Positions 18,763 through 29,637 of a stretch of 57,100 bases of DNA are shown piece after piece. Where the stretch lies: the NCBI GenBank assembly GCA_034670305.1, contig JAXMNT010000048.1, positions 1-57,100 of the forward strand, given 5' to 3'. Every line of letters starts with the position of its first letter. The first letter of the stretch is position 1. Both the position numbers and the translations under genes were made by a program. A model generated the notes under the pieces. That model was not told the origin of the DNA. It searched no databases and saw nothing but the letters and a program-made list of their open reading frames with translations. Origin of the DNA: Deltaproteobacteria bacterium (lineage in GTDB: Bacteria; Myxococcota_A; Polyangia; Polyangiales; Houyiibacteriaceae).

Positions 18763-20103
18763 ATGCATTCGAAACGATGTGCGGCTTTGCCTTGTGCGGT
18801 GTTCGCGGTGTTCGCAGGCGTCCTGTTCGCTCCTCCCCCCGCCCAGGCCGACCATGGGCGGCTCAACCTGCACCTCGACATCGGCATCGGCGCACCGCTC
18901 GCCGGTGCCGGGCGGCCGGGGTCCACCGGCGACAGCGCCGCGGGTGGCGTCGCGTACATCGGCGGAGACCTGGTGCTCGCCGATCCAGTCGCGGTCGAAC
19001 TCATCGTGGGCATCGGCGGGTTCGCCCGGCCCCTGCCGACCAGCAGCGAGACCGGCGCGCGCTACACCATGGTGGGCGGCGGACTTCGGATCCGGCTGTT
19101 GACCGACGACGCGGGCTACCGCGGTGAAGACGGCGGCAACCTGCCGAGCAACCTCTGGGTGAGCGCGCACATCGGCTACCACAACTTCGACGACGCCCAG
19201 TTCGGCATCGACGCGGCGATCGGATACGAGATCTCGGTCGTGCGCCCGCTGCAGATCGGCGCCTTCCTGCGGACCGCGGTCATGTTCGGAGGCGACAACG
19301 CCGGTGCGGACTTGATCTTGGTGGGCGGCATCAGCTTCAGCTTGGAGGCGATTCGAATCGCAGGCCCCGCCGACGCGGACGACGACGGACTCTCCGACGA
19401 GCGCGAAGCCGAGCTCGGCACGAACCCGAACATGCCCGACACCGACCGGGATGGGCTCGACGATCGGCTCGAAGTCGAGACCGGAACCAACCCGAAGGAA
19501 CGGGACACCGACGGAGACGGACTGCTCGACGGCCGCGAAGACGCGAACCGCGATGGCGTGCTCGACGACGACGAGACCGACCCGCGTCGTTCGGACACCG
19601 ACGGTGGCGGCATGCCGGACGGAAGCGAAGTGCACGCACCCTCCCAGGATCCTCGGTACCCCGAGGACGACGACCACGACGGCGACGGCGTCGCGAACCA
19701 CTTCGACGAATGCGAGGGCACGCCCGATGGCCAAGAGGTCAACGCGTTCGGATGTCCGCCGCAACAACAGACGATCAACCTGGAAGGCATTCACTTCCGC
19801 AGCGGAAGCGCCCGGATCCTGCCGGACAGCGAAGAGACGTTGCAGCAGGCATTGCGACTGCTCGAGCGAGAAGGCACCGCGCGGTTCCAGGTGGCGGGAC
19901 ACACCGACTCGCAGGGTCGACCGGCAGCCAACCGCGCCCTCTCGCAGCAGCGGGCGGAAGCGGTGGTGCGGTGGCTCGTTCGGCATGGCGTGGATGCAAG
20001 CCGCCTCGAAGCGGCGGGCTACGGCGCCGACGAACCGGTGGCCGACAACGACACCGCCGAAGGCCGGGCCCACAACCGCCGCATCGAGTTCCGGCGGCTG
20101 TAG
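18763..20103 (+). CDS. OmpA family protein with beta-barrel and bacterial TSP3-type Ca-binding repeats
   Basis: Signal peptide, GTNP...DTDxDGLxD repeats, GHTDSQG...N..LSQQRA, NRRIEF. Confidence 0.9.
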   Translation: MHSKRCAALPCAVFAVFAGVLFAPPPAQADHGRLNLHLDIGIGAPLAGAGRPGSTGDSAAGGVAYIGGDLVLADPVAVELIVGIGGFARPLPTSSETGARYTMVGGGLRIRLLTDDAGYRGEDGGNLPSNLWVSAHIGYHNFDDAQFGIDAAIGYEISVVRPLQIGAFLRTAVMFGGDNAGADLILVGGISFSLEAIRIAGPADADDDGLSDEREAELGTNPNMPDTDRDGLDDRLEVETGTNPKERDTDGDGLLDGREDANRDGVLDDDETDPRRSDTDGGGMPDGSEVHAPSQDPRYPEDDDHDGDGVANHFDECEGTPDGQEVNAFGCPPQQQTINLEGIHFRSGSARILPDSEETLQQALRLLEREGTARFQVAGHTDSQGRPAANRALSQQRAEAVVRWLVRHGVDASRLEAAGYGADEPVADNDTAEGRAHNRRIEFRRL

Positions 20104-20120
20104 CTGTCCTGCCGCTGCCG

Positions 20121-20594
20121 TCAGCGAAGGCGGGAGCGGCGACAGGCGGACGCGGGTGCGTCCGTCTCCGCGAACGGGCGCCCGTCGATGCGCATGGCCT
20201 GGAGTTTCCAACCGGACTCGTCGACCAGCACCACGGCGGCTTCCACGACCCCACCCGGCACCAGGAGCTGCGCGCATGCGATGTAGGGCGTGGCCGGGGC
20301 TCGGATCCGGTCGCTGGCACGCAGATGCACGGCCACGCCCTCGGCCCGGCTGAGGACCGAGAACTGCGCCGACGCGTTTCGGAACGCCTGCAGGTCCAGC
20401 CGCTCGCGGACGTCTCGCGACATCGTCCTCAGCGCCGCTTCGTCGTCGCCCTCGTGGAGCGCCACGACGAACTCGTTCAGCGCGTCGAGTGGATGGTCCG
20501 GACGCACCACGACCCGCCACGCCACGCCGACGAACCCCGCGACCAACAGGGCGATGAGCGAAGCCCGCGTGAGGGCCTGTGTGCGCGTGGACAC
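20121..20594 (-). CDS. Membrane-anchored hypothetical protein (NTF2-like/DUF4864-like)
   Basis: N-terminal TM, F..AL..GD..AA..., GWKL; fills the gap between convergent genes. Confidence 0.55.
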   Translation of the reverse strand: MSTRTQALTRASLIALLVAGFVGVAWRVVVRPDHPLDALNEFVVALHEGDDEAALRTMSRDVRERLDLQAFRNASAQFSVLSRAEGVAVHLRASDRIRAPATPYIACAQLLVPGGVVEAAVVLVDESGWKLQAMRIDGRPFAETDAPASACRRSRLR

Positions 20595-20657
20595 GGCGGA
20601 GAGCCTACCGCCGAGCGGTGGTTGACGACGAGGGATCGCGCCGCCGCCGGACAAGGT

Positions 20658-21716
20658 ATGGTTCCGACGGTGACACTGAAGCGAGGCATGGCGCTCGATG
20701 GATCGATCCTCCTCGAGGAACGTATTGCCGAAGGCGGGATGGGGGAGATCTGGACCGCGCGCCATCTCGAGCTCGAGCGCGTGGTGGCGGTGAAGTTCAT
20801 CAAAACGATGGTGAGCGACAAACACCGCGCGGTGGAACGTTTCCTTCGCGAAGCGCGGACCGTCGCCTCGCTTTCCCACCCGCACATCATCGACCTGCTC
20901 CACCTCGGCACCCTCGACGACGGCCGCCCTTACATGGTGATGCCGATGCTCACCGGCCGAAGCCTCGAGCAATGCAAGAAGGACCTGTGTCCGGTTCCGC
21001 TTCCGCGTTTGGTGTCGTTGCTCAGCGGACCGGCGAGCGCGATCGACGCGCTGCACGATCGGAACTCGATGCACCGCGACCTCAAACCCGACAACCTCTT
21101 CCTGGAGGTCGCGGACGACGGTACCGAGACCGTGATCCTGCTGGACTTCGGTCTCGCGCGTCAGTTGAAGGGCGGCACCCTCACCGACGATGCCGGCTTG
21201 GTGCTCGGGACCCCGCAGTACGTGCCCCCAGACGTCGCCATGGCGATCGGATGGACACCGCGGGGAGACGTCTACTCGTTCGCCGTCATGGCGTTCGAAC
21301 TCTTCACAGGGTCGCTGCCGTTTGATCACCCCGACGCGCATTCGCTGCTCCACCTGAAGATCCTGCAAGATGCGCCGCTCGCGTCGACGCTCCTCGACGG
21401 GGTCCCACCGGCCGTGGACGAGATCTTCCGCCAGGGGATGTCGCGGGACCCGATGGAGCGGCCCGCCTCCTGTGGCGAGTTCATGGAGGCGCTCCGTGCT
21501 GTCCTCAGAGCGACGGCGCCAGGCGATGCGGCCGACCCAGACCATGCAAGCGTGGCGGCCGACGCGGGCGACCCGTCCGACCCGACTCCCACCGCTGACG
21601 TTGCGCCCGACGCCGGTGCTCCCGCCCCGCCCGCCGACACACCCGCCGACGCGCCCGCCCCCACACCCGGACGCACCAAGCACAAACGAAAGCGCAAAAA
21701 ACACAGACGGCGCTGA
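20658..21716 (+). CDS. Ser/Thr protein kinase
   Basis: IAEGGMG, VAVK, HRDLKPDN, DFG, GTPQYVPPD; basic C-terminal tail. Confidence 0.9.
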   Translation: MVPTVTLKRGMALDGSILLEERIAEGGMGEIWTARHLELERVVAVKFIKTMVSDKHRAVERFLREARTVASLSHPHIIDLLHLGTLDDGRPYMVMPMLTGRSLEQCKKDLCPVPLPRLVSLLSGPASAIDALHDRNSMHRDLKPDNLFLEVADDGTETVILLDFGLARQLKGGTLTDDAGLVLGTPQYVPPDVAMAIGWTPRGDVYSFAVMAFELFTGSLPFDHPDAHSLLHLKILQDAPLASTLLDGVPPAVDEIFRQGMSRDPMERPASCGEFMEALRAVLRATAPGDAADPDHASVAADAGDPSDPTPTADVAPDAGAPAPPADTPADAPAPTPGRTKHKRKRKKHRRR

Positions 21717-21730
21717 GAGCGCGTCGTTCT

Positions 21731-24004
21731 TCAGGTGAACGACGTCCGACTGCCGGTGTGGGTCCAGAGCCCCTCGGTCCGCAGCCGAACGATGTCCATG
21801 AGGCGCTGCATCCGAGGATCCGCGTGCAGCTCTTGGGTCAGCGGGCACCGCTGAAGCCAGTCGATGTCGTACATCACGTCTTCGACCTCTTCGAGCAGCT
21901 CGAGGGCGCGCTCTGGGTACCGGCGCACGAGGCACGCCTCGGCGATCGTCTCGGCCGCCAGACACCGGAACCACGCGTTGGTGAGCCACGGCTTGAGCTG
22001 TCGGTAGAGCTCATCGACCGCTTCGAGCCCGACGGTGCCTTCGACGAACTCACAGAGCAGCCGCATCAGCGCGTGCGCCGGCTGCAGGGTCAGCCAGCCC
22101 TTGAGTTCGGTGACGTGGTCACGCTGGCCGAGGTAGAGCTTCGTTCGAAAGTGCGCGGTGATGACGCTCAACGAGCTTGCGCCTTCATGCATCGACGCTG
22201 CGTCGAGCAACGCGATGGCTTCTTCGTCCTTGCCCTCGAACGCGACGGCTCGGGACAGCTCCATGCGCGCGCCGTTCGTCGTCGGATCCAGTTCGAGCGC
22301 GTGGCGCAGACGCTGTTTTCCTTCGCGCGGCATGCCGGCGAAGAGTTGGATCTCGCCGAGCCGCGCGTGGGCCGGCGCGGAGGTGGGCGCGAGCTCGAGT
22401 GTTTGGAACAGCGCCCCGAGCTCGCCGACCAAATCCCCACGCGCTTCATAGAACAGCGCGCTGGCCAGCTGGGTGTCGGGTTGGTCCGGAGCCACCGCGA
22501 GCGCCCGCTCGAGCGACTTCTCGGCCATGAGCAGCCGTGCCTCGGGCTGGTCCATCGAATCGCTGAACGACGCCGAACGCATGTGGGCGAGCGCGTGGGC
22601 GGCCAGGTAGGTCGCGCACTGCGGAGCCATGTCCACGGCCTGATCCATCAGGTCGACCGCTTCGTCGACTTGGCGGCGGCGGCGGCGCAGGATCTCGCGC
22701 GCCTGCATGTAGATGGGCACCGACTCCGGCGGCACCCGGTCGGCCACGCTTCGGATGCCGAGCTCGAGGCGAAGCGACTCGGCGATGCGCCGGGCGAGAC
22801 GCTCCTGCATCTCGAAGAACTCCTCGAACGGTGCGTCGAATCCGCCGCTCCAGGTCTGCCGTCCGTCGGGGTCGCTGAGCCGGGCTTTGACTCGGACCTG
22901 TCCTTTGCGGGCCTGCACCGTGCCGGTGACGATCGCATCGGGCCCGAGCGCCCGGACGCCAGCGCCGCGTGGGTCGGTGCCGAGCCCGTGGGTGACCGCG
23001 AACGTGAGCACGTGCAAACCCTTGGTCTGAGAGAGCACGTCGATCAGCTCTTCGGCGATGCCTTCGCCCAGGTAGCCGTCCTCCTCCGCGCCACGGAACT
23101 GAAACGGAAGCACGGCGAGGCTTTGGTTGGGGGCGCGGATGGCCGCATGCACCAGTCGCTCAGCGGTGGCGGTCACGGGCGTCTGCAGGTGGCTCGCGCG
23201 GGCTGCGACCGTCAACGCGTTGGGCCGCTCGGATGGGTCGCGTCGCAGCATGCGCATGACGAGTTCGCAGATGGACTCGGGCAGGTGAGGACTGGCGTCC
23301 GCCGGCGAAGGAGCGTCCATGTGGACGCGCCGGAGCGCGCTCGTGACCGGGTCCGTCGTGCCGAACGGGTTCACACCTTCCGTGATCATCTCGTAGAACA
23401 TCACGCCCAGCGCGTAGACATCCGCCGGGGGTCCGATGCGGTTGTCGGTGACCTGTTCGGGGGACATGTAGAACGGGGTGCCCAACATGCGGCCGGGTTC
23501 ATGGGTCCGGGTTCCGTCGCGCACGCCCCGCGCGATGCCGAAGTCGGTCAAGAGGATGCGGCCGTCGGAGGAGAGCAGGATGTTGGCTGGTTTGAGATCG
23601 CGATGGATCACCCCGACGTCGTGCGCCGCCGCGAGTCCACGGGCGACCGCTTCGAGGATCCGTAGACACTCGGGGAGTTTGGGGGCCTCGTCCTCGGCCA
23701 TGCGTTGTTGGAGGCTCTGTCCGAGGACGAGTTCCATCGTGAGGTAGAGTTCGTCCTCGGTCTCCCCGATGTCGTACATGCGGCAGACATTGGGGTGGGT
23801 GACCTTGCGGGCGAGGGCCACCTCTCGGCGAAACCGGCCACGGGATGTCTCGTCCCCGAGCTTGGTCAGCAGCTTGATCGCCACCCGCTCTTCGAGATGA
23901 AGATCGAACGCCTGGTGAACGCGGCCCATGCCGCCCCGGCCGATCTCCTGCTCGAGGCGGTACCGGCCGGCTACGATGATCTGCTCGTCGGTCTGCTTCA
24001 ACAC
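21731..24004 (-). CDS. Ser/Thr kinase with TolB-N-like and TPR domains
   Basis: GRGGMG, HRDLKPAN, DFG, GTPFYMSPE; SLAVLPF...GIAEELI..LS; TPR-like helices. Confidence 0.9.
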   Translation of the reverse strand: MLKQTDEQIIVAGRYRLEQEIGRGGMGRVHQAFDLHLEERVAIKLLTKLGDETSRGRFRREVALARKVTHPNVCRMYDIGETEDELYLTMELVLGQSLQQRMAEDEAPKLPECLRILEAVARGLAAAHDVGVIHRDLKPANILLSSDGRILLTDFGIARGVRDGTRTHEPGRMLGTPFYMSPEQVTDNRIGPPADVYALGVMFYEMITEGVNPFGTTDPVTSALRRVHMDAPSPADASPHLPESICELVMRMLRRDPSERPNALTVAARASHLQTPVTATAERLVHAAIRAPNQSLAVLPFQFRGAEEDGYLGEGIAEELIDVLSQTKGLHVLTFAVTHGLGTDPRGAGVRALGPDAIVTGTVQARKGQVRVKARLSDPDGRQTWSGGFDAPFEEFFEMQERLARRIAESLRLELGIRSVADRVPPESVPIYMQAREILRRRRRQVDEAVDLMDQAVDMAPQCATYLAAHALAHMRSASFSDSMDQPEARLLMAEKSLERALAVAPDQPDTQLASALFYEARGDLVGELGALFQTLELAPTSAPAHARLGEIQLFAGMPREGKQRLRHALELDPTTNGARMELSRAVAFEGKDEEAIALLDAASMHEGASSLSVITAHFRTKLYLGQRDHVTELKGWLTLQPAHALMRLLCEFVEGTVGLEAVDELYRQLKPWLTNAWFRCLAAETIAEACLVRRYPERALELLEEVEDVMYDIDWLQRCPLTQELHADPRMQRLMDIVRLRTEGLWTHTGSRTSFT

Positions 24005-24077
24005 GCCCAGTCTACCAGCGCGGATGAATCGTGAGCCCAGCGTTCGTGAGGTAGGGACGAACAGCATTCGACATGCG

Positions 24078-25004
24078 TTAGACCCAACTGAACAGCTCGA
24101 GTTCCCGGAGCAAACCACCACACGTGGGGGGTCGCTCGCGCGGGGACTTGGAGAGGGCGCGCTCGAAGAGCGCGTCGAGGGCGCGGGGTACCTTGGCACC
24201 GAGCACCTGCGACAAGCGGGGGGCTTCGGTGCACATCTTCAAAGTGATCAACTCGACGGGGCTGTCGGCGACGAACGGTCGCTCACCGGTGATCAACTCG
24301 AAGAGTGTGGTCGCGAACGCGTAGACATCGGTGGAGGGGTTGGGGAGCGCGCTCTCGGGCGCCATGTACTGCGCGGTGCCGAGCAACATGCCTTCCTTGG
24401 TCAGGCGGCTCCCGTCCGCGAGTCGAGCGATCCCGAAGTCCATGAGCAACACCGACGGAGCGCCGCCACCCGGACGGTGGGTGAGGAAGAGGTTCTCGGG
24501 TTTGATGTCGCGGTGGATCATGTCGTACGCGTGCATCGTGTCGATCGCGGACGCGGGTCCCGCGAGCCAGTGGGCGATGGTCCGGATGGATTGCGCGCCG
24601 GTGCGCTCCAGCAGCTGACCAAGGTCTTGGCCGAGCAGCCGCGGCATCACGAGGTAGGGCAACCCGTCGCCAAGTCGACCAAGGTCGAACACCTCGACCA
24701 CGCTGGGATGTTGCAGTGCTGCCGCGATGCGACCTTCCCGGACGAACCGTTCGATGGCGGCTGGCCGCGGTGCCAGCTCCCGTTTGATGATCTTCAGCGC
24801 GACCGGACGGTTGAGTCGGTGGTCGTGGGCTCCAAAGACCCACGCCATGCCGCCTTCGGCCAAGACCGACTGCACTTCGTAACGTTCGGCGACCAGCTCG
24901 CCGATTTGCGCGGATGGACTGGACACCGCCGCGCGCACCCCGCTGCCGGGTGCGGTGCCGGGTGCGAGGGGGGTGAAGGCGAACTTCGCTGCGCGACGGA
25001 CCAT
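24078..25004 (-). CDS. Ser/Thr protein kinase (kinase domain only)
   Basis: AEGGMA, VALK, HRDIKPEN, DFG, GTAQYMAPE. Confidence 0.9.
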   Translation of the reverse strand: MVRRAAKFAFTPLAPGTAPGSGVRAAVSSPSAQIGELVAERYEVQSVLAEGGMAWVFGAHDHRLNRPVALKIIKRELAPRPAAIERFVREGRIAAALQHPSVVEVFDLGRLGDGLPYLVMPRLLGQDLGQLLERTGAQSIRTIAHWLAGPASAIDTMHAYDMIHRDIKPENLFLTHRPGGGAPSVLLMDFGIARLADGSRLTKEGMLLGTAQYMAPESALPNPSTDVYAFATTLFELITGERPFVADSPVELITLKMCTEAPRLSQVLGAKVPRALDALFERALSKSPRERPPTCGGLLRELELFSWV

Positions 25005-25015
25005 GCCCCTCGTAT

Positions 25016-25031
25016 TGCAACGGCCGTTCCG
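25016..25031 (-). promoter_or_regulatory. Putative sigma54 promoter for the kinase pair
   Basis: Minus strand CGGAACGGCCGTTGCA: GG-N10-GC. Confidence 0.6.
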
Positions 25032-25123
25032 TTGAAATGATCAACGATCATGCGTCCCCAGGTATGGGCGTTTCCCCTCGCCCGGGGCGTCCCGCCACCA
25101 CCAACGACCCCTCGGAGGGAACT

Positions 25124-26449
25124 TCAGGAACGCAAGTCGTGTCGTTTCACGAGCGAGAACAGGTGCGAGCGATCCATCCGGGCTTTGCGCGCCGCCTGGG
25201 ACACGTTCCCGCTCGTTTGTTCGAGCCAGTACTCGACGAACCGGCGCTCGAACTCGCGCACGATCGCGGTGCGGGCGGTCTTGTATGGCAGCTGCAGCAC
25301 CTTCGAGAGCGAGAGCGACATGGGGTCGGCGCCGGGCGGCGGAATGGTGGACATGTTGTCGAGCGGCGGCAGCTCCCCCATCGCAAGCGTCGCTTCCACG
25401 ACGTTGCGAAGCTCTCGAACGTTGCCGGGCCAGCGGTGCAAGCGCAGCCGATCCATGAACCCTTCGGGCAAGATCTCTCGGAGCTCGCCCTCGTGGCCGG
25501 ACTCGTGAATGAAGTGCTCGACCAGCAGATCGATGTCGTCGGGCCGGTCGCGCAGCGGCGGCACGAGCAGACGAACGACCGCCAGGCGGTAGTAGAGGTC
25601 CAGACGAAAACGTCCGGCGTTCACTTCTTCGCGCAGATCCCGGTTGGTCGCGGCCACGACCCGCACGTCGACTTCGATGTCCTTGGTGCCGCCGACACGT
25701 CGAAAACGTTTGCGCTCGAGCGCACCGAGCAAGGTCGGCTGCAGCTCCATCGGAAGTTCCCCGATCTCGTCGAGGAAAAGAGTGCCGCCGTTGGCGCGCT
25801 CGAATGCCCCGAGGTGCTGACGTTCCGCGCCGGTGAACGCGCCGCGTTCGTGTCCGAACAGCTCGCTCGCGATCAGGTTCGGTGAGATCGACCCGCAGTC
25901 GACCGTCTCCATTCGGCGCAGCGACCGCGCGCCGACCTGGTGCACCGCTTCGGCGATGAGTTCCTTGCCGGTCCCCGACTCGCCGACGACCAGAATGGGC
26001 ACATCGCTCAGCGCCGCCTTGAACACCTGCGACATGAGCCGGCGCATCGGCTGACTGCGTCCCCGCAGACCCGCGAGTTTGTCCTCCGGGTAGAGGGAGA
26101 CCTCTTTGGGTTCGCCCACCCCGAGCCGGAGGGAGGTCTTTCCGATCTGGATCACCGTGCCGGCCGGAACCGTGGCCTGGCTCACCCGCACGCGGCCGAG
26201 GTACGTCCCGTTGCGGGATCCCTCGTCGTGCACCTCGATGCCGTCGGGCGTGGCCCGAAGCTCCAGGTGGTAGCCAGAGACCGCGGGGTCCGCGAGGACC
26301 ACGTCGTTGCCGGGGCTCGTGCCGAGCGTCAGCACATCGTGGGCGGCCTCGTGACGCGCCCCTTGGTCGGGTCCCTCGACGACTTCCACGACGAGTGTGT
26401 CGACGGAAAGAGTCGGGGGGTGATCGAGGGTCAGGGTGGATTGGTCCAC
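25124..26449 (-). CDS. FHA-domain sigma54-dependent transcriptional activator
   Basis: FHA (GT..GND..L.DPAVS.YH, GSRNGT), [29 protein letters not shown], Fis-type HTH. Confidence 0.93.
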   Translation of the reverse strand: MDQSTLTLDHPPTLSVDTLVVEVVEGPDQGARHEAAHDVLTLGTSPGNDVVLADPAVSGYHLELRATPDGIEVHDEGSRNGTYLGRVRVSQATVPAGTVIQIGKTSLRLGVGEPKEVSLYPEDKLAGLRGRSQPMRRLMSQVFKAALSDVPILVVGESGTGKELIAEAVHQVGARSLRRMETVDCGSISPNLIASELFGHERGAFTGAERQHLGAFERANGGTLFLDEIGELPMELQPTLLGALERKRFRRVGGTKDIEVDVRVVAATNRDLREEVNAGRFRLDLYYRLAVVRLLVPPLRDRPDDIDLLVEHFIHESGHEGELREILPEGFMDRLRLHRWPGNVRELRNVVEATLAMGELPPLDNMSTIPPPGADPMSLSLSKVLQLPYKTARTAIVREFERRFVEYWLEQTSGNVSQAARKARMDRSHLFSLVKRHDLRS

Positions 26450-26557
26450 GATCGGAAAGTAGCACCTTTTGGGGGGAAGCAATGGTGGTTCGCGCGCCTT
26501 GAACGCGCGGGGGACTCGTGTCGTGCCGGCGTCGGTCTCGTGTCATGGTGGGCGCCC

Positions 26558-28318
26558 ATGTCGGCACGACGCCCTCCCATTCCATTTCGACTGAAGCTCA
26601 TGGCGCTCTGTGGTGGCCTGTCGGTCCTTCCGCTGGGGGTCGTCGCGTGGCTGATGATCGACGTGAACGAGGACACGGTCGCCACCGCCAACCAGGAGTT
26701 GCAGCTCGCGGTCGCCGAGGATGTGGCGCGAAGCGTCGACGACACGTTTCGCCTCGCACAGGACGAACTCGAGACGGTCGGCCGGGTGCTGCTGGACGAA
26801 TCGCTGCCGGAAGACGCCACGGTGTCGCTCGCGACGAGCTTGGTCGCCGGGCAGGAGCGCATCGACCACGTCGCGGTGTACTCGGCCGAGGGCGCACTCA
26901 TCGACGTCGTGCGGCACGCGGGCCACCCGTCTCCGCCGAGCCCCGAGACCCTCGACGCCGGGTTGCGCACGCGGGCGACCGCGCAGGGGATCGCGAGCGG
27001 AGAAGCGTTGATCGCAGACGAAGCGGACCACGCGCCTCGGGTGCCGCTCGTGGTCCCGCTCCGCGTGGGCGAGACCCTGACCGGATTCGCGGCGACCTGG
27101 TTGTCGCTCCGTCCGGTGGAAGAGCGGGTCGCGCGGTTGACCGAGGTTCGATTCGAGAATCGGAACGACTCTCTGTTCGTGGTCGACGAGCGGCACCGCC
27201 TGGTCGCCCACCCCGACGGCACGCGGGTCGCATCGCTCGAGGACATGCGCGCCACGGGTCCGCTCGAAGGCATCGAGCCCGGCGCAATCACCGGCCGGTT
27301 CTCCCAATCGGGCGAGTACAGCTACGAGGGCGAGTCGATGGTCGGCACGGTCGTCGGCATGCAGACCCGGCCATGGGCGGTCGTCGTGCAGCTGCCGACG
27401 TCGGTCGTCTACGCCTCGATCTACGAAATGCGGAAGATCGTGCTCTCCACCGTCGGGCTCGTGATCTTCTTCGTCATCGTGCTCGGTGTGTGGGCTTCGC
27501 GGCAGGTCACCAAACCGATCGCCGCGCTCTCCGCCTTCGCGGCCGACCTGGCCGATCGCAAGTTCGATCGCCGCATGACCTTGAATACCCTCGACGAGTT
27601 CGCGGTCTTGGGCGACGTGATGAGTGGCGCCGCCGCGGACCTGCAAGAGAGCGAAGAACGGATCCGAGAAGAAGTCGCGATCCGATCGGACCTCGGCCGG
27701 TACCTGCCCGCGGAGCTGGTCGACAAGGTCGTCAAACGCGAACAGGACATGGGACTGGGCGGCAGCCGCCGAGAGATCACGGTGCTGTTCGCAGACGTGG
27801 TCGGGTTCACCCCGCTGACCGACCAACTCGAAGCGGAGCGCGTCGTCGCCTTGCTCAACGAGCTGTTCACGATCCTCACCGAGATCGTCTTCCGGCACGG
27901 TGGGACCGTCGACAAGTTCGTCGGTGACTGTGTGATGGCCATCTGGGGCGCACCGACCGAGCAGGAAGACCACGCCGCCCTCGCGTTGGCCGCCGCCGAA
28001 GACATGATGCGGTGGCTCGAAGCCGGGAACGACGCCTGGGAAGAGAAGTTCGGCGTGCGCATCCAGCTGGCGATCGGGATCAACTCGGGCGATGCGATCG
28101 TCGGCAACGTCGGCAGCGACGTGCGCATGGAGTTCACGGCGATCGGAGACACCGTGAACGTCGCCGCACGCCTCGAGGCGATCGCCCGACCAGGACAGAT
28201 CCTGCTCACCAAGGCGACCGCCGAACGCGCGGGTGAGGACTTCGATCTCGCAGAGCTCGGCGGCCGCCAGCTCGCCGGCCGCGACCAACCGATCCTGCTC
28301 TGGGAGTTGATGACGTGA
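26558..28318 (+). CDS. Membrane adenylate cyclase (periplasmic Cache-like sensor, HAMP, class III domain)
   Basis: Two TMs, HAMP (KPI..L...DEF..L), LFADVVGFT, DKFVGD, FTAIGDTVNVAARLE; Lys/Thr pair indicates ATP specificity. Confidence 0.9.
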   Translation: MSARRPPIPFRLKLMALCGGLSVLPLGVVAWLMIDVNEDTVATANQELQLAVAEDVARSVDDTFRLAQDELETVGRVLLDESLPEDATVSLATSLVAGQERIDHVAVYSAEGALIDVVRHAGHPSPPSPETLDAGLRTRATAQGIASGEALIADEADHAPRVPLVVPLRVGETLTGFAATWLSLRPVEERVARLTEVRFENRNDSLFVVDERHRLVAHPDGTRVASLEDMRATGPLEGIEPGAITGRFSQSGEYSYEGESMVGTVVGMQTRPWAVVVQLPTSVVYASIYEMRKIVLSTVGLVIFFVIVLGVWASRQVTKPIAALSAFAADLADRKFDRRMTLNTLDEFAVLGDVMSGAAADLQESEERIREEVAIRSDLGRYLPAELVDKVVKREQDMGLGGSRREITVLFADVVGFTPLTDQLEAERVVALLNELFTILTEIVFRHGGTVDKFVGDCVMAIWGAPTEQEDHAALALAAAEDMMRWLEAGNDAWEEKFGVRIQLAIGINSGDAIVGNVGSDVRMEFTAIGDTVNVAARLEAIARPGQILLTKATAERAGEDFDLAELGGRQLAGRDQPILLWELMT

Positions 28319-29637
28319 CCGACGATCAGGTCACGCCGTTTCAGTCCGGCGACATCGTCGCGGGGCGGTATCGACTCGAGGAGATGCTCGGCCAAGGCGG
28401 CATGGGCGCGGTGTATGCGGCGACCCAGCTCGACCTGAACCGCGACGTCGCGCTCAAGCTGATCCTCTCTTCCAAACACGGCGCCGAGATCGCCAGGAAG
28501 CGGTTCGAACGGGAAGCGCGGGTGGCCGCGGCCATTCGACACCCGGGCATCGTGACCATCTACGACTACGGCGAGAGCGACGACGGCGTGCTCTACCTCG
28601 TGATGGAAGCGCTGACCGGTCCGTCGTTGCGAGACATCGTCGACGAAGACATTCCGCCGCCGCCTCTGGCGCGTGCATTCGAGATCCTCGAATCGATCGC
28701 GTCCACACTCGCGGTCGCGGAGAACCACGGCGCGGTCCACCGTGATCTCAAGCCGGAGAACATTCTCTTCGACCGGCGGGACGGACTCGAACGCATCGTG
28801 CTGGTGGACTTCGGTCTGGCCTTTCTCGACGACGACACCCAACAGGCCGGCCGGGTCACGCGCCAAGGCGTGGTGGCGGGCACCCCGGACTACCTCTCGC
28901 CCGAACAGGCGCGCGGCGACGGGAACATCACGCCGGCCTCGGACATCTACACGCTCGGCTGCATCGCCTTTGAGCTGTTCACCGCGTTCCCGCCCTTCAC
29001 CGGCGACGTCGGCGTGCTGATCGCCCGGCATCTGTTCGGGGTGCCGCCCTCCATCGCGTCGCTCCGGCCTCAGGCGGAGCCGCCGGTGCCCGGTGTGGTC
29101 GAAGATTTGGTGGCGCGCATGCTGGCGAAGAACGCCGCCGACCGGCCGAACGCAGCCTCGGTCGCCAAAGTATTTCGGACCCTCGATCCGTCGGCACCGG
29201 CCCGCTCGAGCGAACAGGGCAGCGAGAAGGCCTCCCGCCTCGGCCGAGAGGCGCGCATGGTGTCCATGGCCGCCGAGCCGCGCGCCGACACCCAGGACGT
29301 CGCCACCAACCGGATCACCCTTGGGATCGCGGGCGAGGTGCCGGACGAGACCAAACTCGCGCTCGCCGTCTCCGGCGTGCTGGTGTCCGAATCCAATGCG
29401 GACGGCGCGGCCGTGGACGCGTGGTTCGTGACCGTGGACCAGGTGTCCCGCCTCGACGATCTGTTGAGCACGGGGCTGCCTGTGCTAGTCGAAGTGCCTG
29501 CGTCGAATGTGGGAGCGCTGACAGCATTGCTGCAGCGGGGTGTCGCAGAAGTCATCAAGAGCCCGTGGAGTGCACCTGCGCTCAGCAAGCGGGTTCGCCG
29601 CGCCGTCAAGAGCGCGCGACGCAAGGCCAAGAGTTGA
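28315..29637 (+). CDS. Ser/Thr kinase with C-terminal degenerate receiver-like domain
   Basis: GQGGMG, HRDLKPEN, DFG, GTPDYLSPE; C-terminal LPVLV...GVAEVIKSPW...L. Confidence 0.88.
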   Translation: MTDDQVTPFQSGDIVAGRYRLEEMLGQGGMGAVYAATQLDLNRDVALKLILSSKHGAEIARKRFEREARVAAAIRHPGIVTIYDYGESDDGVLYLVMEALTGPSLRDIVDEDIPPPPLARAFEILESIASTLAVAENHGAVHRDLKPENILFDRRDGLERIVLVDFGLAFLDDDTQQAGRVTRQGVVAGTPDYLSPEQARGDGNITPASDIYTLGCIAFELFTAFPPFTGDVGVLIARHLFGVPPSIASLRPQAEPPVPGVVEDLVARMLAKNAADRPNAASVAKVFRTLDPSAPARSSEQGSEKASRLGREARMVSMAAEPRADTQDVATNRITLGIAGEVPDETKLALAVSGVLVSESNADGAAVDAWFVTVDQVSRLDDLLSTGLPVLVEVPASNVGALTALLQRGVAEVIKSPWSAPALSKRVRRAVKSARRKAKS

